DNA from: an uncultured Chloroflexia bacterium
Lineage (GTDB): Bacteria; Chloroflexota; Dehalococcoidia; UBA2979
Direction of reading: 5' to 3'
Assembly: GCA_963728205.1 (NCBI GenBank)
Contig: CAVSIV010000001.1
Location: 416,001 to 480,000, forward strand
DNA: 64,000 bases
In this document: in pieces, positions 27,193-37,002 of the stretch
Position numbering within the stretch: the stretch's first letter is position 1
How the letters are laid out: each line of letters begins with the position of its first letter
Made by a program: the position numbers and the translations under genes
Notes under the pieces: model-generated
Database searches by the model: none
Told to the model about the DNA's origin: nothing
What the model saw: only the letters and a program-made list of their open reading frames with translations

Positions 27193-28304
27193 TCCTCGAG
27201 TTCGATGCCGGCCTGCGCCTCGGCGACTTCGCCTACGACGCCGCCTTCGCGGTCGACGGCGAGATCCTCGTGCTGTTCGGCCACTCGGGCGCCGGGAAGA
27301 GCGTGACGCTGCAGGCGGTCGCGGGGCTGCTGCGGCCGGAGCGCGGGCGCATCGTCATCGGCGGCGAGCCGGTGTTCGACTCGGCCGCCCATCTCGACCT
27401 GCCGCCGCAGCGGCGACGCACCGGTTACGTCGTCCAGGAGCTCGCGCTGTTTCCGCACATGAGCGTCGTGGAGAACGTCGCGTTCGGGCTGGAGGGACCG
27501 CGCGTGGAGCGCCGGCGCCGTGCGGCCGCGCTGCTCGAGCGCTTCGGCCTCGCCGGCTTCGACGACCGCCGGCCGGCGTCGCTGTCCGGCGGGCAGAAGC
27601 AGCGCGTCGCGCTCGCCCGCGCGCTGGCGCGCGACGTGCCACTGCTGCTGCTCGACGAGCCGTTCTCCGCGCTCGACGAGGCGCTGCGCCGCATGCTCCG
27701 CTCGGAGCTGCTGCGCCTGCGCGCCGAGCTCGGGCTCGGCGTGCTCTTCGTCACCCACGACCTGCGCGAGGCGCACCTGCTCGCCGACCGCATCGCCGTC
27801 TTCGACGACGGCCGCGTCCTCCAGGTCGGCCCGCGCGACGACGTCTTCCGCCGGCCGGTGTCGCGCCGCGTTGGCGAGCTCACGGGGATCGCGAACCTGC
27901 TCGCGGGTGAGGTCGTCGCGCGCGGCCCGGGCGGCGCCGTGGAGGTGGAGGTCGACGGCCGGCGCCTGCGCTGCGCGCCTCCGGCCTTCGACGCGCGCGT
28001 CGGCGACCGCGTCGACGTCGCCCTGCGCGCGGAGCGCGTCGCGTTCCGCCGCGGTGCCGCCCCGTCGACGCCGAACCTGCTCGAGGTCGACGTCGTCGAC
28101 GAGCACGCGTACGGCGCGAGCCACACGCTGTGGCTGCGGCCCGTCGCCGGCGGCCCGCCGCTCGAGGCCGATCTGCCGTCGCGCCCCTACGACGTGCTCG
28201 GTGTCGCCGAGCGCCGTCGTTGGACGGTGGAGCTGCCCCCCGAGGACCTCCACGTGATGCGCGCGCCTGGCACTCCCGGCGCTCCCGGCGAACGCCGGGC
28301 GTAA
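27189..28304 (+). CDS. modC: Molybdate ABC transporter ATP-binding protein
   Basis: GHSGAGKS, LSGGQKQRVALARAL, LLLDEPF; C-terminal TOBE-like region; operon context. Confidence 0.92.
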   Translation: MILEFDAGLRLGDFAYDAAFAVDGEILVLFGHSGAGKSVTLQAVAGLLRPERGRIVIGGEPVFDSAAHLDLPPQRRRTGYVVQELALFPHMSVVENVAFGLEGPRVERRRRAAALLERFGLAGFDDRRPASLSGGQKQRVALARALARDVPLLLLDEPFSALDEALRRMLRSELLRLRAELGLGVLFVTHDLREAHLLADRIAVFDDGRVLQVGPRDDVFRRPVSRRVGELTGIANLLAGEVVARGPGGAVEVEVDGRRLRCAPPAFDARVGDRVDVALRAERVAFRRGAAPSTPNLLEVDVVDEHAYGASHTLWLRPVAGGPPLEADLPSRPYDVLGVAERRRWTVELPPEDLHVMRAPGTPGAPGERRA

Positions 28305-28435
28305 CGCCCGCCGTTCGCGCCGACGTCGGGCGCGCCGGGGCGGCCGGCGAATAGCAGGTCCGGCGCCTGCTGCCGGCGCCGATGGCGGCAACCGCCCCGC
28401 GCCCTCCGCCGCCGCCCCGTGCCCAACGGCCGCCG

Positions 28436-28466
28436 GCGCACAGCGGGCGCAACGCCCGCTGTGCGC
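28436..28466. terminator. Strong hairpin between convergent genes (probable bidirectional terminator)
   Basis: GCGCACAGCGGGCG-caa-CGCCCGCTGTGCGC, perfect 14-bp stem. Confidence 0.6.
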
Positions 28467-28492
28467 GCTGTTCGCGACCGACCGCGTGCCGG

Positions 28493-29961
28493 CTAGACCG
28501 CCGCCTCGGTCATCGCACGCTCGCCGGGCGTCGCGCGCATCGTCCCCGCCGCGTCCTCGTCGTGGATGAGGAACGCGAACGCCACACCGACGATGCCGAT
28601 CACCACCGCCGCGAAGAACGCGTCGTGGTAGCCCAGCAGCGCCGCGTGTCGCGCCGCCGCCGGACCGCCGGTCGCGCCGGCCGCGGCAGCGAGGTGCGAG
28701 GTGATGCGCTCGGTGAGCACCGTCGCCAGGATCGCCACACCGAGCGACGCACCGACCTGCCGGTTCGTGTTGAAGATCGAGGATGCGCGCCCGGTCTTCT
28801 CCGAGCCTGATCGTCGCGAACGTCGCGGCCTGCAGCGGGATGAACGTGAACGCCATCGCGATGCCGCGCACGAACATCACGCCGGCGATCCACCACACGT
28901 TCGTCTCGAGGCCGACGAGGAGCAGCAGCGCCGAGCTGACCGCGAACAGCGCGAGTGCCACCGCAAGCAGCCGGCGCGGCCCGACGATCGGGTAGAGCCG
29001 CCCCGACAGCTGCGCGAAGAGCACGGTCCCGATCGCGGACGGCACGAGGATCACGCCGGTCTCCACCGCCGAGAAGCCGCGCAGGTTCTGCAGGAAGAGC
29101 GGCAGCAGGAACAGCACGCCCACCAGGCTGGCCGATGCGGTGAAGAACACGATGTTCGCGTTGCGGAACATGCGGTCGGTGAACAGCCGCAGGTCGAGCA
29201 TCGGCACCGGCAGCCGCAGCTCGACGAACACGAGCGCCACGAAGCTGACGAGGCCGACGAGGCCGGTGCCGAGCACGACGCCGGACGTCCAGCCGTTCTC
29301 CGGCCCGCGCGACAGCGCGAAGAGGATGAGTGCGAGGCCGGCGCCCGACAGCACGAACCCGGCGCGGTCGAACGCCCCCGCGACCTGCTCGCGGTGCTCG
29401 CAGAGGTAGAAGAAGCAGAACACGAGCCCGATCAGGCCGGTCGGAACGTTGACATAAAAGATCCATCGCCACGCCACGGTGTCAACGAGCCAGCCGCCCA
29501 GGATCGGCCCGATCGCGGGGGCGATCACGGTGGGGATCGTGAGGATGAGCGACGCGCGCGCCCGCTCGCGGGGCGGGAACGCGCGGAACAGCATCGCGGT
29601 GCCGACCGGCGTCATCATGCCGCCGCCGACGCCCTGGAAGACGCGGAATGCGATCAGCTGCTCGATGTTCTGCGCGAGCGCCGCACAGCGCCGAGCCGAG
29701 CGTGAACGCGAGCAGGGCGAACATGAACGTCCGCTTCGTGCCGAAGCGGTCGCCGATCCAGCCCGACGCCGGGATCCAGATCGCGAGGCTCAGCAGGTAG
29801 CCCGTCACGACCCACTCGAGCGTGGAGCTCCCGGCGCCGAAGTCGCGCCCCAGCGTCGGCAGCGCGACGTTGACGATGGTGAGGTCCATCAGGTCCATGA
29901 AGATGCCGAAGAGGAAGGCGAGCGCGACGAGGTACTTGTAGGGCGTGTGGCGGAAGGGCAC
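28493..29961 (-). pseudogene. DHA2/EmrB-QacA MFS efflux permease split by two +1 frameshifts (pseudogene or sequencing error)
   Basis: DLTIVNVALP and WIGDRFG in frame 1; FRVFQGVGGG and PAIGPILGG in frame 2 (shift near 29680); RQVGASLGVA in frame 3 (shift near 28806). Confidence 0.85.
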
Positions 29962-30460
29962 GGGGCGCAGGTCCTCTCTGCGGTCGCGCCCCGTGTGCGG
30001 CGAGCGGGTGGCGGAGCCGCGGGGCGGAGCGACGGATCATATCCGACCTCGTGGCTTGGCTCGCGCCCTTGGCCGCCGCCGGCGGGCGCCCCCTCGTCGG
30101 GCCCCGCGGGAACGTGGTCGACCAAAGCGGCGACAGACATGCCGTCGCGTGATGACGTTCACGACGGCACGACGTCCCCCCGGGACGGACCCGCCTCGGC
30201 GCCTCCGCGTGACCGCGCAGAGGCCGGCGCGCGATGGCGCGGGTACCCCCGAAGATTGGGCAAAGCCCTGTTTTTCGCATCCGGACGGGGTGCTACCGTC
30301 TGCGCCAGGGTGTGCGGGCTTGCCCGGCCACCATCCATGGCGGGGATGGGGTCCCTCGGGACCTTGCGATGGCAGGGACGCCACTATTCGCGGTACGGTC
30401 ACTCCGCCGCCCGACCGACGACGCAGCCGCCGCCTGCTGCGCGCACGCCGCCATCCCGGC

Positions 30461-31627
30461 GTGCCCGGTCGACGCCACCTTCAGCCCGCGACGCAGTTCG
30501 GCGTCATCCTCTCGCTCTTCGGCGTGATCCTGCTCTTCGGCCACTTCCCGGCGATCGCCGCGCCCAGCGGCGGCGCGCGCCTGCTCAGCCGCCGCCCGTC
30601 GCTGCCCGGCCTCGCCGCCGAGGCAAGCGCGGCCGTCGCCCCCGCCGAGTTGCAGTCCGCGCCCCTGCCGCTCACCGTCGTCTCGCCGTCGACGGTGCAG
30701 GACCAGGTGGTCGCCGCGTCGAACGACACCGCGAGCGCCGTCGCGGCCCTCAAGCAGTCCGAGCAGCAGGGCCAGGGCACCAGCGCGAGCGGAGCGGTCC
30801 AGGCTCAGCGCGTCCAGCGCCTGCCGATCTTCTACGAGTACACCGTGCAGACCGGCGACACGCTCAGCAGCGTCGCGGCCCAGTACCACATCGGTGCCGA
30901 CTACATCGTCTGGAACAACAGCGAAGTGACGGACCGCGACCTGCTCCCGGTCGGCGTCACGCTCCAGATCCCATCCGTCGAGGGGATCATCCACTCCGTG
31001 CGCAAGGGCGAGACGGTCTCGGCCATCGCCGCCGAGTACAGCGCCGACCCGCAGGACATCGTGTCGTTCGAGGCGAACGGCCTCGCCAACGATCCGAACC
31101 GCCTCCAGCCGAACCAGCTGATCATGGTCCCGGGCGGACACATCCCGGCGCCGAAGCCGGTGGCCGCCGCGCCGCCGGCGCCGCCGGCCCAGACCGCGGG
31201 CGACGGCTGGGCGTGGCCCGCGGTCGGGCCGCTCACCTCGACCTTCGGCCCCTGGCACCCGCTCGGCATCGACGTCGGCATTCCGAGCGGGACGCCGGTC
31301 CGCGCGGCGCGCGCCGGCACGGTGATCTTCGCCGGCGGTAACCCGTGCTGCTCCTACGGCTACCACGTCATCGTCGACAACGGCGATGGCTACGAGACGA
31401 CCTACGCCCACTTCTCGGCGTTCAACGTGCAGATCGGCGACCAGGTCGCGCAGGGCCAGGTGCTCGGCCTCTCCGGCTCCACCGGGCACTCGACCGGCCC
31501 GCACCTGCACTTCGAGATCCGGCGCGACGGCGTCATCCAGAACCCGGAGCTCTTCCTCCCGATCGACCCGTACCTTGGCAGCGACGCGGCCTGGCCGCCT
31601 CCCGCGTCCGTCCCGGAGTACCCCTAG
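30461..31627 (+). CDS. LysM-domain M23 metallopeptidase; start approximate
   Basis: N-terminal TM helix; two LysM domains (YTVQTGDTL, HSVRKGETV); H.GID, YAH, TGPHLHFE. Confidence 0.92.
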   Translation: MPGRRHLQPATQFGVILSLFGVILLFGHFPAIAAPSGGARLLSRRPSLPGLAAEASAAVAPAELQSAPLPLTVVSPSTVQDQVVAASNDTASAVAALKQSEQQGQGTSASGAVQAQRVQRLPIFYEYTVQTGDTLSSVAAQYHIGADYIVWNNSEVTDRDLLPVGVTLQIPSVEGIIHSVRKGETVSAIAAEYSADPQDIVSFEANGLANDPNRLQPNQLIMVPGGHIPAPKPVAAAPPAPPAQTAGDGWAWPAVGPLTSTFGPWHPLGIDVGIPSGTPVRAARAGTVIFAGGNPCCSYGYHVIVDNGDGYETTYAHFSAFNVQIGDQVAQGQVLGLSGSTGHSTGPHLHFEIRRDGVIQNPELFLPIDPYLGSDAAWPPPASVPEYP

Positions 31628-31748
31628 GCAGCCCGCACTCCTCCGACGGTGAACGCAATGGAGCCGCCGGCACCGCCGACGGTGGACGCGACACAGCGGC
31701 CCGCACGCACGGGCGGATGCCGGGGGGAGGTCCGGCTCGTGGCAGCAG

Positions 31749-32825
31749 CTAGCTCGCGACCGGTTGGCCGCTGATGCTGCCCTGCACGTTGCCGGCCTGG
31801 TCCGACCGCAGCGTCATCGAGAGGCGGAGCGCCTGACCCTGCGGGTCGACGCAGGTCGCCGTGATGTCGGCGCCCTGCGCGCCGGTCACGCCGCCGGTGC
31901 ACGTCGTCGAGCCGGCCACGGTGTTCAACGTGATCCTCGTGCCGACCACGCGCGCCTCGTCGCCGCGCACCCGCTCCTTGAGGCTGAGCTGGAGCGTGCC
32001 CGCCGAACCGCCGGTCAGGTTGCCGTCGACGGTGACGACCATCGTGCCGTCCGTACCCAGCGTGCCCTGGTGCAGCGTGCCCGCGAAGAGCGCGTGAAAC
32101 GCCACGAGCGGCGACGGCGTCGCGACCGGCGTCGCCGGAGCAGTGGCGGAGATGGCGATGCGCGCGCCGGACCCGTTGCCGTTGTTCGCGATCGCGTTCC
32201 AGCCCGACTGGAACGGCCCCTGCGCGAGTAGGAACGCGCCGATCACGAGGCCGAACAGTCCCGCGGACGCGACCACGGGGTGCTCCCGTCCGCCGAGCGA
32301 CGGCATCAAGAGCCGAATCGCGAGCAGCGCCAGCACCCCGGTGCCGGTGGCGGCGTAAAGCAGCACGGCCCACGCCGCCCGCGTGTCGCTCCCCGTGGTG
32401 ATCCCGTGCACCAGCGCGAGCCCGAACGCGAGGAACGTGAGGTAGTGGAGCGTGCGCCACACGCGGTAGCCGATCAGCGGTCTCAGGTACTCGGTCAGAT
32501 AGAGCGCGATCATCAGGTACGCGCCCACGATTCCGAGCGCGATCCAGATCGGCCGGTAATGGCTCGCCATCGGCACGAGCACCTCGGCCGGCGTGAACGC
32601 CATGAACGGGTCGAGGAACACGCCGAGCGTGTGGACGCCGGTGAACACGATCGCGAGCAGGCTGATGTGCCGGTGCAGCTCGTTCGTGACGAAGCGCGAC
32701 CACTTCGGGTTGCGCCACTGCAGGCTCAGCGCGAGCCCGAGCATCACCGATACCCAGATCAGCAGGTAGGCGGTGAAGCCGCCCGCGCGGGCGACGTCCC
32801 AGGTGATCTGCCCCCATGCGCTCAT
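31749..32825 (-). CDS. Ferric-reductase-like (MsrQ-like) heme b membrane protein with an extra C-terminal extracytoplasmic beta domain
   Basis: W.VARAGG, LHRHISL, GVH, WRTLHYLTF, LVHGITTGSD. Confidence 0.87.
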   Translation of the reverse strand: MSAWGQITWDVARAGGFTAYLLIWVSVMLGLALSLQWRNPKWSRFVTNELHRHISLLAIVFTGVHTLGVFLDPFMAFTPAEVLVPMASHYRPIWIALGIVGAYLMIALYLTEYLRPLIGYRVWRTLHYLTFLAFGLALVHGITTGSDTRAAWAVLLYAATGTGVLALLAIRLLMPSLGGREHPVVASAGLFGLVIGAFLLAQGPFQSGWNAIANNGNGSGARIAISATAPATPVATPSPLVAFHALFAGTLHQGTLGTDGTMVVTVDGNLTGGSAGTLQLSLKERVRGDEARVVGTRITLNTVAGSTTCTGGVTGAQGADITATCVDPQGQALRLSMTLRSDQAGNVQGSISGQPVAS

Positions 32826-33838
32826 GTGCTGCGCTCCATGTCCGACGCCATGTCCCACGGCGCCGGCTCCCAGCGGCCGACCAACCGCTGCGTGCCTGCC
32901 CGATCGACGAGCAGCGCGCTCAGCCCCGCCGACGCGATGAACGCGGCGCCCTCGTCGGCGCCGAGAATGAGCGCGACCTTCGCGGCGACCTCCGCCTGCG
33001 CACAGGACCCGGCGATCGCGCTCACCGCCCGCAGGTCCCCGGCGCTCGGGGCGCCCGTGCGCGGGTCGAGCAGGTGGTGCCGCGCGACGCCGCCCTGGCG
33101 CCAGCGGCGGCGCGACGTCGTGGAGGTGGCGATCGCGCCGCCGCACAGCTCGATCGCGCGCTCCGCGCGCGGGATGCCGGCCGCCTCGTCCGCGTCGAGC
33201 TCGACGCGGACGCCCCACGGCTCGTCACCGCCCGGCGTCGCCGCCACAGCGGCGTCGCCGCCCGCCTCCACCGCGGCCCGCGCGATGCCGGCGTCGGTCA
33301 GCGCGCGGAGCGCCGCGTCCACGGCCATCCCCTTCGCGATGCCGCCGAAGTCGAGCATCACGCCGCGCGACAGGCGCACGGTGCGCGCGCGCGGGTCGAG
33401 CGCGACGTGCCGCCACGCGCCGCCGGGCATCGCGGCGCCGACCGGCGGTGGCTGGAACGCCGGCAACGCGTCGAAGCTGCGGTCGTAGCCGGCGGCGACG
33501 AGCTGGCGCAGCATCGTCGGGTCGAAGATGCCGCCGGTCGCGGCGGCGGCGGCCAGCGCCGTCCGGGTCACCTCGAAGAGCAGCGGGCTCACGGCCACCG
33601 CGTCGCCGGCGCGCGCGTTGAGCCGCGAGAGCTCGCTGTCCTCGCGGAAGCGGCTGAGCGTTTGCTCCCAGGCGGCGAACAGGTCGCGGACGATGCCCGG
33701 CGCCTCCGGCCGGTCGGCCGGTGCGAGCACGCTGACGGTGGTGCCCATCGCCGCGAAGCCGGCGCGCGCAAGGCCCGCCGGCAGGGCGAGGCCGTGCGGC
33801 GCGTCGGCCGTGCGCGCGACCGTCGGCTCAGGAGCCAC
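32822..33838 (-). CDS. apbE: FAD:protein FMN transferase
   Basis: AMGT, SRFREDSELSRLN, TGGIFDPT, DFGGIAKG, GGD, ATS, HHLLDPRTG. Confidence 0.93.
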   Translation of the reverse strand: MAPEPTVARTADAPHGLALPAGLARAGFAAMGTTVSVLAPADRPEAPGIVRDLFAAWEQTLSRFREDSELSRLNARAGDAVAVSPLLFEVTRTALAAAAATGGIFDPTMLRQLVAAGYDRSFDALPAFQPPPVGAAMPGGAWRHVALDPRARTVRLSRGVMLDFGGIAKGMAVDAALRALTDAGIARAAVEAGGDAAVAATPGGDEPWGVRVELDADEAAGIPRAERAIELCGGAIATSTTSRRRWRQGGVARHHLLDPRTGAPSAGDLRAVSAIAGSCAQAEVAAKVALILGADEGAAFIASAGLSALLVDRAGTQRLVGRWEPAPWDMASDMERST

Positions 33839-34178
33839 GCGACCGGATCGACGGCCGCGCGCGCGGGGCGCTCGGGGCGCTGGGCGCGGAGGCGGAGCCG
33901 CCGTCGGACCCGCCCGGCTGGAACGAGAAGAAGCCCTGGGCGTCGGCGCGGCCCAGGCCCGGCGGCGTGGTCGGTCCCGCCGGCGCACCCGTGGTGACGC
34001 CCGACGACGTCGCGCCCTCGGCGGTCTGCGATGTCACGCCGACCGCGTGGTGTCCCACGAGCGCCCAGCCGCCGCCGAACGCGACGACCGTTGCGCCCAG
34101 GACCACGCGCTTGAGGATGCTTGCTTTGCGATGCTGCCCGGCCCGATCGCGGGGGTCACGGGGAGGTGTCGTGTTCAT
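33828..34178 (-). CDS. Small single-TM protein with a Ser/Thr/Gly/Pro-rich tail ending RSRGS
   Basis: C-terminal part of ORF 33828..35018 from ATG 34178; overlaps the apbE start; first gene of the operon. Confidence 0.7.
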   Translation of the reverse strand: MNTTPPRDPRDRAGQHRKASILKRVVLGATVVAFGGGWALVGHHAVGVTSQTAEGATSSGVTTGAPAGPTTPPGLGRADAQGFFSFQPGGSDGGSASAPSAPSAPRARPSIRSRGS

Positions 34179-34202
34179 GCTCTCAACTGTAGGCAGCCTT
34201 GA

Positions 34203-34219
34203 TGTGAAATCTCTGTGAG
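34203..34219 (-). promoter_or_regulatory. Putative OmpR-family direct-repeat box upstream of the apbE operon
   Basis: Minus strand CTCACA-N5-TTCACA, followed by a TACAGT -10-like hexamer. Confidence 0.55.
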
Positions 34220-34394
34220 GCTTGCGGGCCTCGACCCGACGATCTGCCGGGTCGGCGAGCCGGCGCAGCACCGCGCCACCGCCGATCCCGGCATCCGGCG
34301 CGGCGCGCGGCGCGTCCGCTCCGACCGCGATGACAGCATCCGTACGATGAAGAAGGCCGTGCTCCGCTCTCACCGCAGACCCGGGAGGCGCCCC

Positions 34395-35315
34395 ATGCTC
34401 GTCAATCCGCGCGACTTCCTCGCGCAGGCGCGCGCCGGCGGCTGGGCCGTCGGCGGCTTCAACATGTACGACCTCGAGTCGGCCCGCGCGATCATCGCCG
34501 CCGCGGAGGAGACCCGCTCGCCCGTGCTCGTGCAGACGTCGGAGGGCGCCGTGAAGCACGGCGGGCTCGACAACCTCGTCGCGATCGTGCGCTCGCTCGC
34601 CGCGCACACGCACGTGCCGGTCGCACTGCACCTCGATCACGGCAAGAGCGAGCAGCTCGCGCGCGAGGCCATCGACGCCGGCTATACCTCTGTGATGATC
34701 GACGCCTCGCGTGAGACGTTCGAGGAGAACGTGCACGAGACGTCGGACATCGTCGCCTACGCGCACGAGCACGGCGTGCACGTCGAGGCGGAGCTCGGGA
34801 CGCTTGGCGGCATCGAGGACGTCGGCGAGCAGGAGCAGAAGACGATGCTCACCGACCCGGAGCAGGCCGCTCGCTTCGCGGCGACCACCGGTGTCGACGC
34901 GCTCGCCGTCGCGATCGGCACCTCGCACGGCGCGTACAAGTTCCATGGCACGCCGCGGCTCGACTTCGACCGCCTGAAGGAGATCGCCGGCCGGGTGGAG
35001 CAGCCGCTCGTCCTGCACGGCGCCTCGGCGATGCAGCAGGACGCGATCGCCTTCGCCGAGCGCTACGGCGCGAAGCTGCCCGATGCGAGGGGCGTGCCCG
35101 CGGACATGATTCGCGAGGCCATCGGCCTGGGCATCGCGAAGATCAACACGGACTCCGACCTGCGCCTCGCCGCGCTGGGGCGGATGCGGCAGGTGCTGAC
35201 CGAACGCCCGGATCTGTTCAACATGTACGAGCTGATGGGCGAGGTCGAGGCGGCGATCAAGCAGGAGACCATCGAGCGCATTCGCCTCTTCGGCACGGAA
35301 GGCAAGGCGGCGTGA
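34395..35315 (+). CDS. fba: Class II fructose-1,6-bisphosphate aldolase
   Basis: LHLDHG, SVMIDAS, VEAELG, AIGTSHGAYK, LVLHGAS, KINTDSD. Confidence 0.95.
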   Translation: MLVNPRDFLAQARAGGWAVGGFNMYDLESARAIIAAAEETRSPVLVQTSEGAVKHGGLDNLVAIVRSLAAHTHVPVALHLDHGKSEQLAREAIDAGYTSVMIDASRETFEENVHETSDIVAYAHEHGVHVEAELGTLGGIEDVGEQEQKTMLTDPEQAARFAATTGVDALAVAIGTSHGAYKFHGTPRLDFDRLKEIAGRVEQPLVLHGASAMQQDAIAFAERYGAKLPDARGVPADMIREAIGLGIAKINTDSDLRLAALGRMRQVLTERPDLFNMYELMGEVEAAIKQETIERIRLFGTEGKAA

Positions 35316-35989
35316 GCGAACCCGGTCCCGATCGGCCGCACCGGCTCGTGATCCTGTTCGACGTCGACAACACGCTGCTCGACAACGACCGCGTGCGCGA
35401 CGAGCTCGAGGAGCGCGTCGTCGCCATCGTCGGCGCGGATCTGAACGAGCGCTTCTGGGACATCTACGAGCAGGTCCGCGCCGACCTCGATCACGTGAGC
35501 TTCCCCGAGACCCTCGAGCGCTTCGGGCGGGTCTGCGACGACGTCGGCTGCGTGGAGGGGCTCTCGGAGCTGCTCTACGACTTCCCCTTTCGCGACGACG
35601 TGTACCCGGGTGCGCTGGCGGCGATCGAGCACGCGAGCCGCATCGGCGGCCTGCCGGTGATCGTCACCGATGGCGACCAGTTCTTCCAGCGCTACAAGGT
35701 GCGTTCGGCAGGGCTGGCCGGCGCCATCGACGGTCGCGTGCTGATCTACGTGCACAAGGAGCAGCAGACCGACGACATCCGGCGCCGCTTCCCCGCGCAT
35801 CACTACGTGATGATCGACGACAAGGGCCGCATCCTCACGGCGATGAAGCGCCGCCTGGGCGATCAGCTGACGACCGTGCACGTGCGGCAGGGCAAGTACG
35901 CGCAGGAGGCGCCGGAGCTCCCGCCCGACCGCGCCATCGCGTCGATCGCGGACTTCGTCTCCCTCAGCGCCGCCGAGCTGGGCGCCTGA
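35312..35989 (+). CDS. HAD-family hydrolase
   Basis: FDVDNTLLD, TDGD..FQ..K, IYVHKE, MIDDK, RQGKYA. Confidence 0.9.
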   Translation: MSEPGPDRPHRLVILFDVDNTLLDNDRVRDELEERVVAIVGADLNERFWDIYEQVRADLDHVSFPETLERFGRVCDDVGCVEGLSELLYDFPFRDDVYPGALAAIEHASRIGGLPVIVTDGDQFFQRYKVRSAGLAGAIDGRVLIYVHKEQQTDDIRRRFPAHHYVMIDDKGRILTAMKRRLGDQLTTVHVRQGKYAQEAPELPPDRAIASIADFVSLSAAELGA

Positions 35990-36057
35990 CCGCGCTCGCC
36001 AGTAGCGGCCGTCCCGCGTCACAATCGAGGCCTGCTCCCGCTGGATCCGGAGACCTC

Positions 36058-37002
36058 ATGGCGGAACCCGCGATCACCGTGCGCGGCCTGCGCAAGTCCT
36101 ACGGCGCGCTGGACGCGGTCCGGGGCATCGACTTCGACGTGGCGCGCGGCGAGGTCTTCTCGCTGCTCGGCCCCAACGGAGCCGGCAAGACGACGACCGT
36201 CGAGATCCTCGAAGGGCACCGCCGCCGCGATGCCGGCGACGTCGCCGTGCTCGGCTACGATCCCGACGCGGGCGAGCGGGCGTTTCGCGAGCGCATCGGC
36301 ATCGTCCTGCAGTCGCCGAGCGTCCAGCCGTACCTGACCGTCGAGGAGACCGTCGAGCTCTACCGCGGCTACTATCCGCACCCCCGGCCGCTCGACGAGA
36401 TCCTGGAGGTGGTTGGCCTCGTCGAGCAGCGCCGCACGCGGGTGCGCCGGCTCTCCGGCGGCCAGCAGCGGCGACTCGACGTCGCGGTCGGGCTGGCCGG
36501 CGACCCGGAGCTGCTCTTCCTCGACGAGCCCACCACCGGCTTCGACCCGTCGGCGCGCCGGCAGGCGTGGGAGATGGTGAAGAGCCTCCAGGCGCTCGGC
36601 AAGACGATCTTCCTGACGACGCACTACATGGACGAGGCCGAGTACCTCGCCGACCGCGTCACGATCATGAACCGCGGCGAGATCGTGGCCGAAGGCGCCC
36701 CGCGCGAGCTGATGAGCCGGCAGGGCGGCGCGCTCGTCGCCTTCCGCGCCGCGGCCGACGAGCGCTGGCTCGTCGACGGCCTCCCCGGCGCGAGCGTCGG
36801 CGCCGACGGCCGCGTGACGGTACAGACCGACGCGCCGACACGCATCCTGCACACGCTCACCAGCCGCGCGCTCGACCGCGGCGTCGAGTTGCGCGAGCTG
36901 ACGGTGACGCGCGCGTCGCTCGAGGACGTCTACCTCGAGCTCACCCGCAGCGCCGAAGAGGAAGCGGCGGCCGGCGCCGCGGAGGAGGTGGCGGTCTCGT
37001 GA
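36058..37002 (+). CDS. ABC-2 exporter ATP-binding protein
   Basis: GPNGAGKTT, LSGGQQRRL, FLDEPTTG, TTHYMDEA. Confidence 0.95.
   Translation: MAEPAITVRGLRKSYGALDAVRGIDFDVARGEVFSLLGPNGAGKTTTVEILEGHRRRDAGDVAVLGYDPDAGERAFRERIGIVLQSPSVQPYLTVEETVELYRGYYPHPRPLDEILEVVGLVEQRRTRVRRLSGGQQRRLDVAVGLAGDPELLFLDEPTTGFDPSARRQAWEMVKSLQALGKTIFLTTHYMDEAEYLADRVTIMNRGEIVAEGAPRELMSRQGGALVAFRAAADERWLVDGLPGASVGADGRVTVQTDAPTRILHTLTSRALDRGVELRELTVTRASLEDVYLELTRSAEEEAAAGAAEEVAVS

Noticed and set aside
28790-29690. Programmed ribosomal frameshifting or phase variation at the frameshift sites
   Set aside because: No slippery heptamers or long homopolymer or short-repeat tracts at the shift points; sequencing error is the simpler explanation
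29962-30460. Cyclic-dinucleotide riboswitch upstream of the LysM/M23 gene
   Set aside because: GGGCAAAGCC is suggestive, but I could not build the conserved c-di-GMP or c-di-AMP architecture; an Rfam scan would settle it
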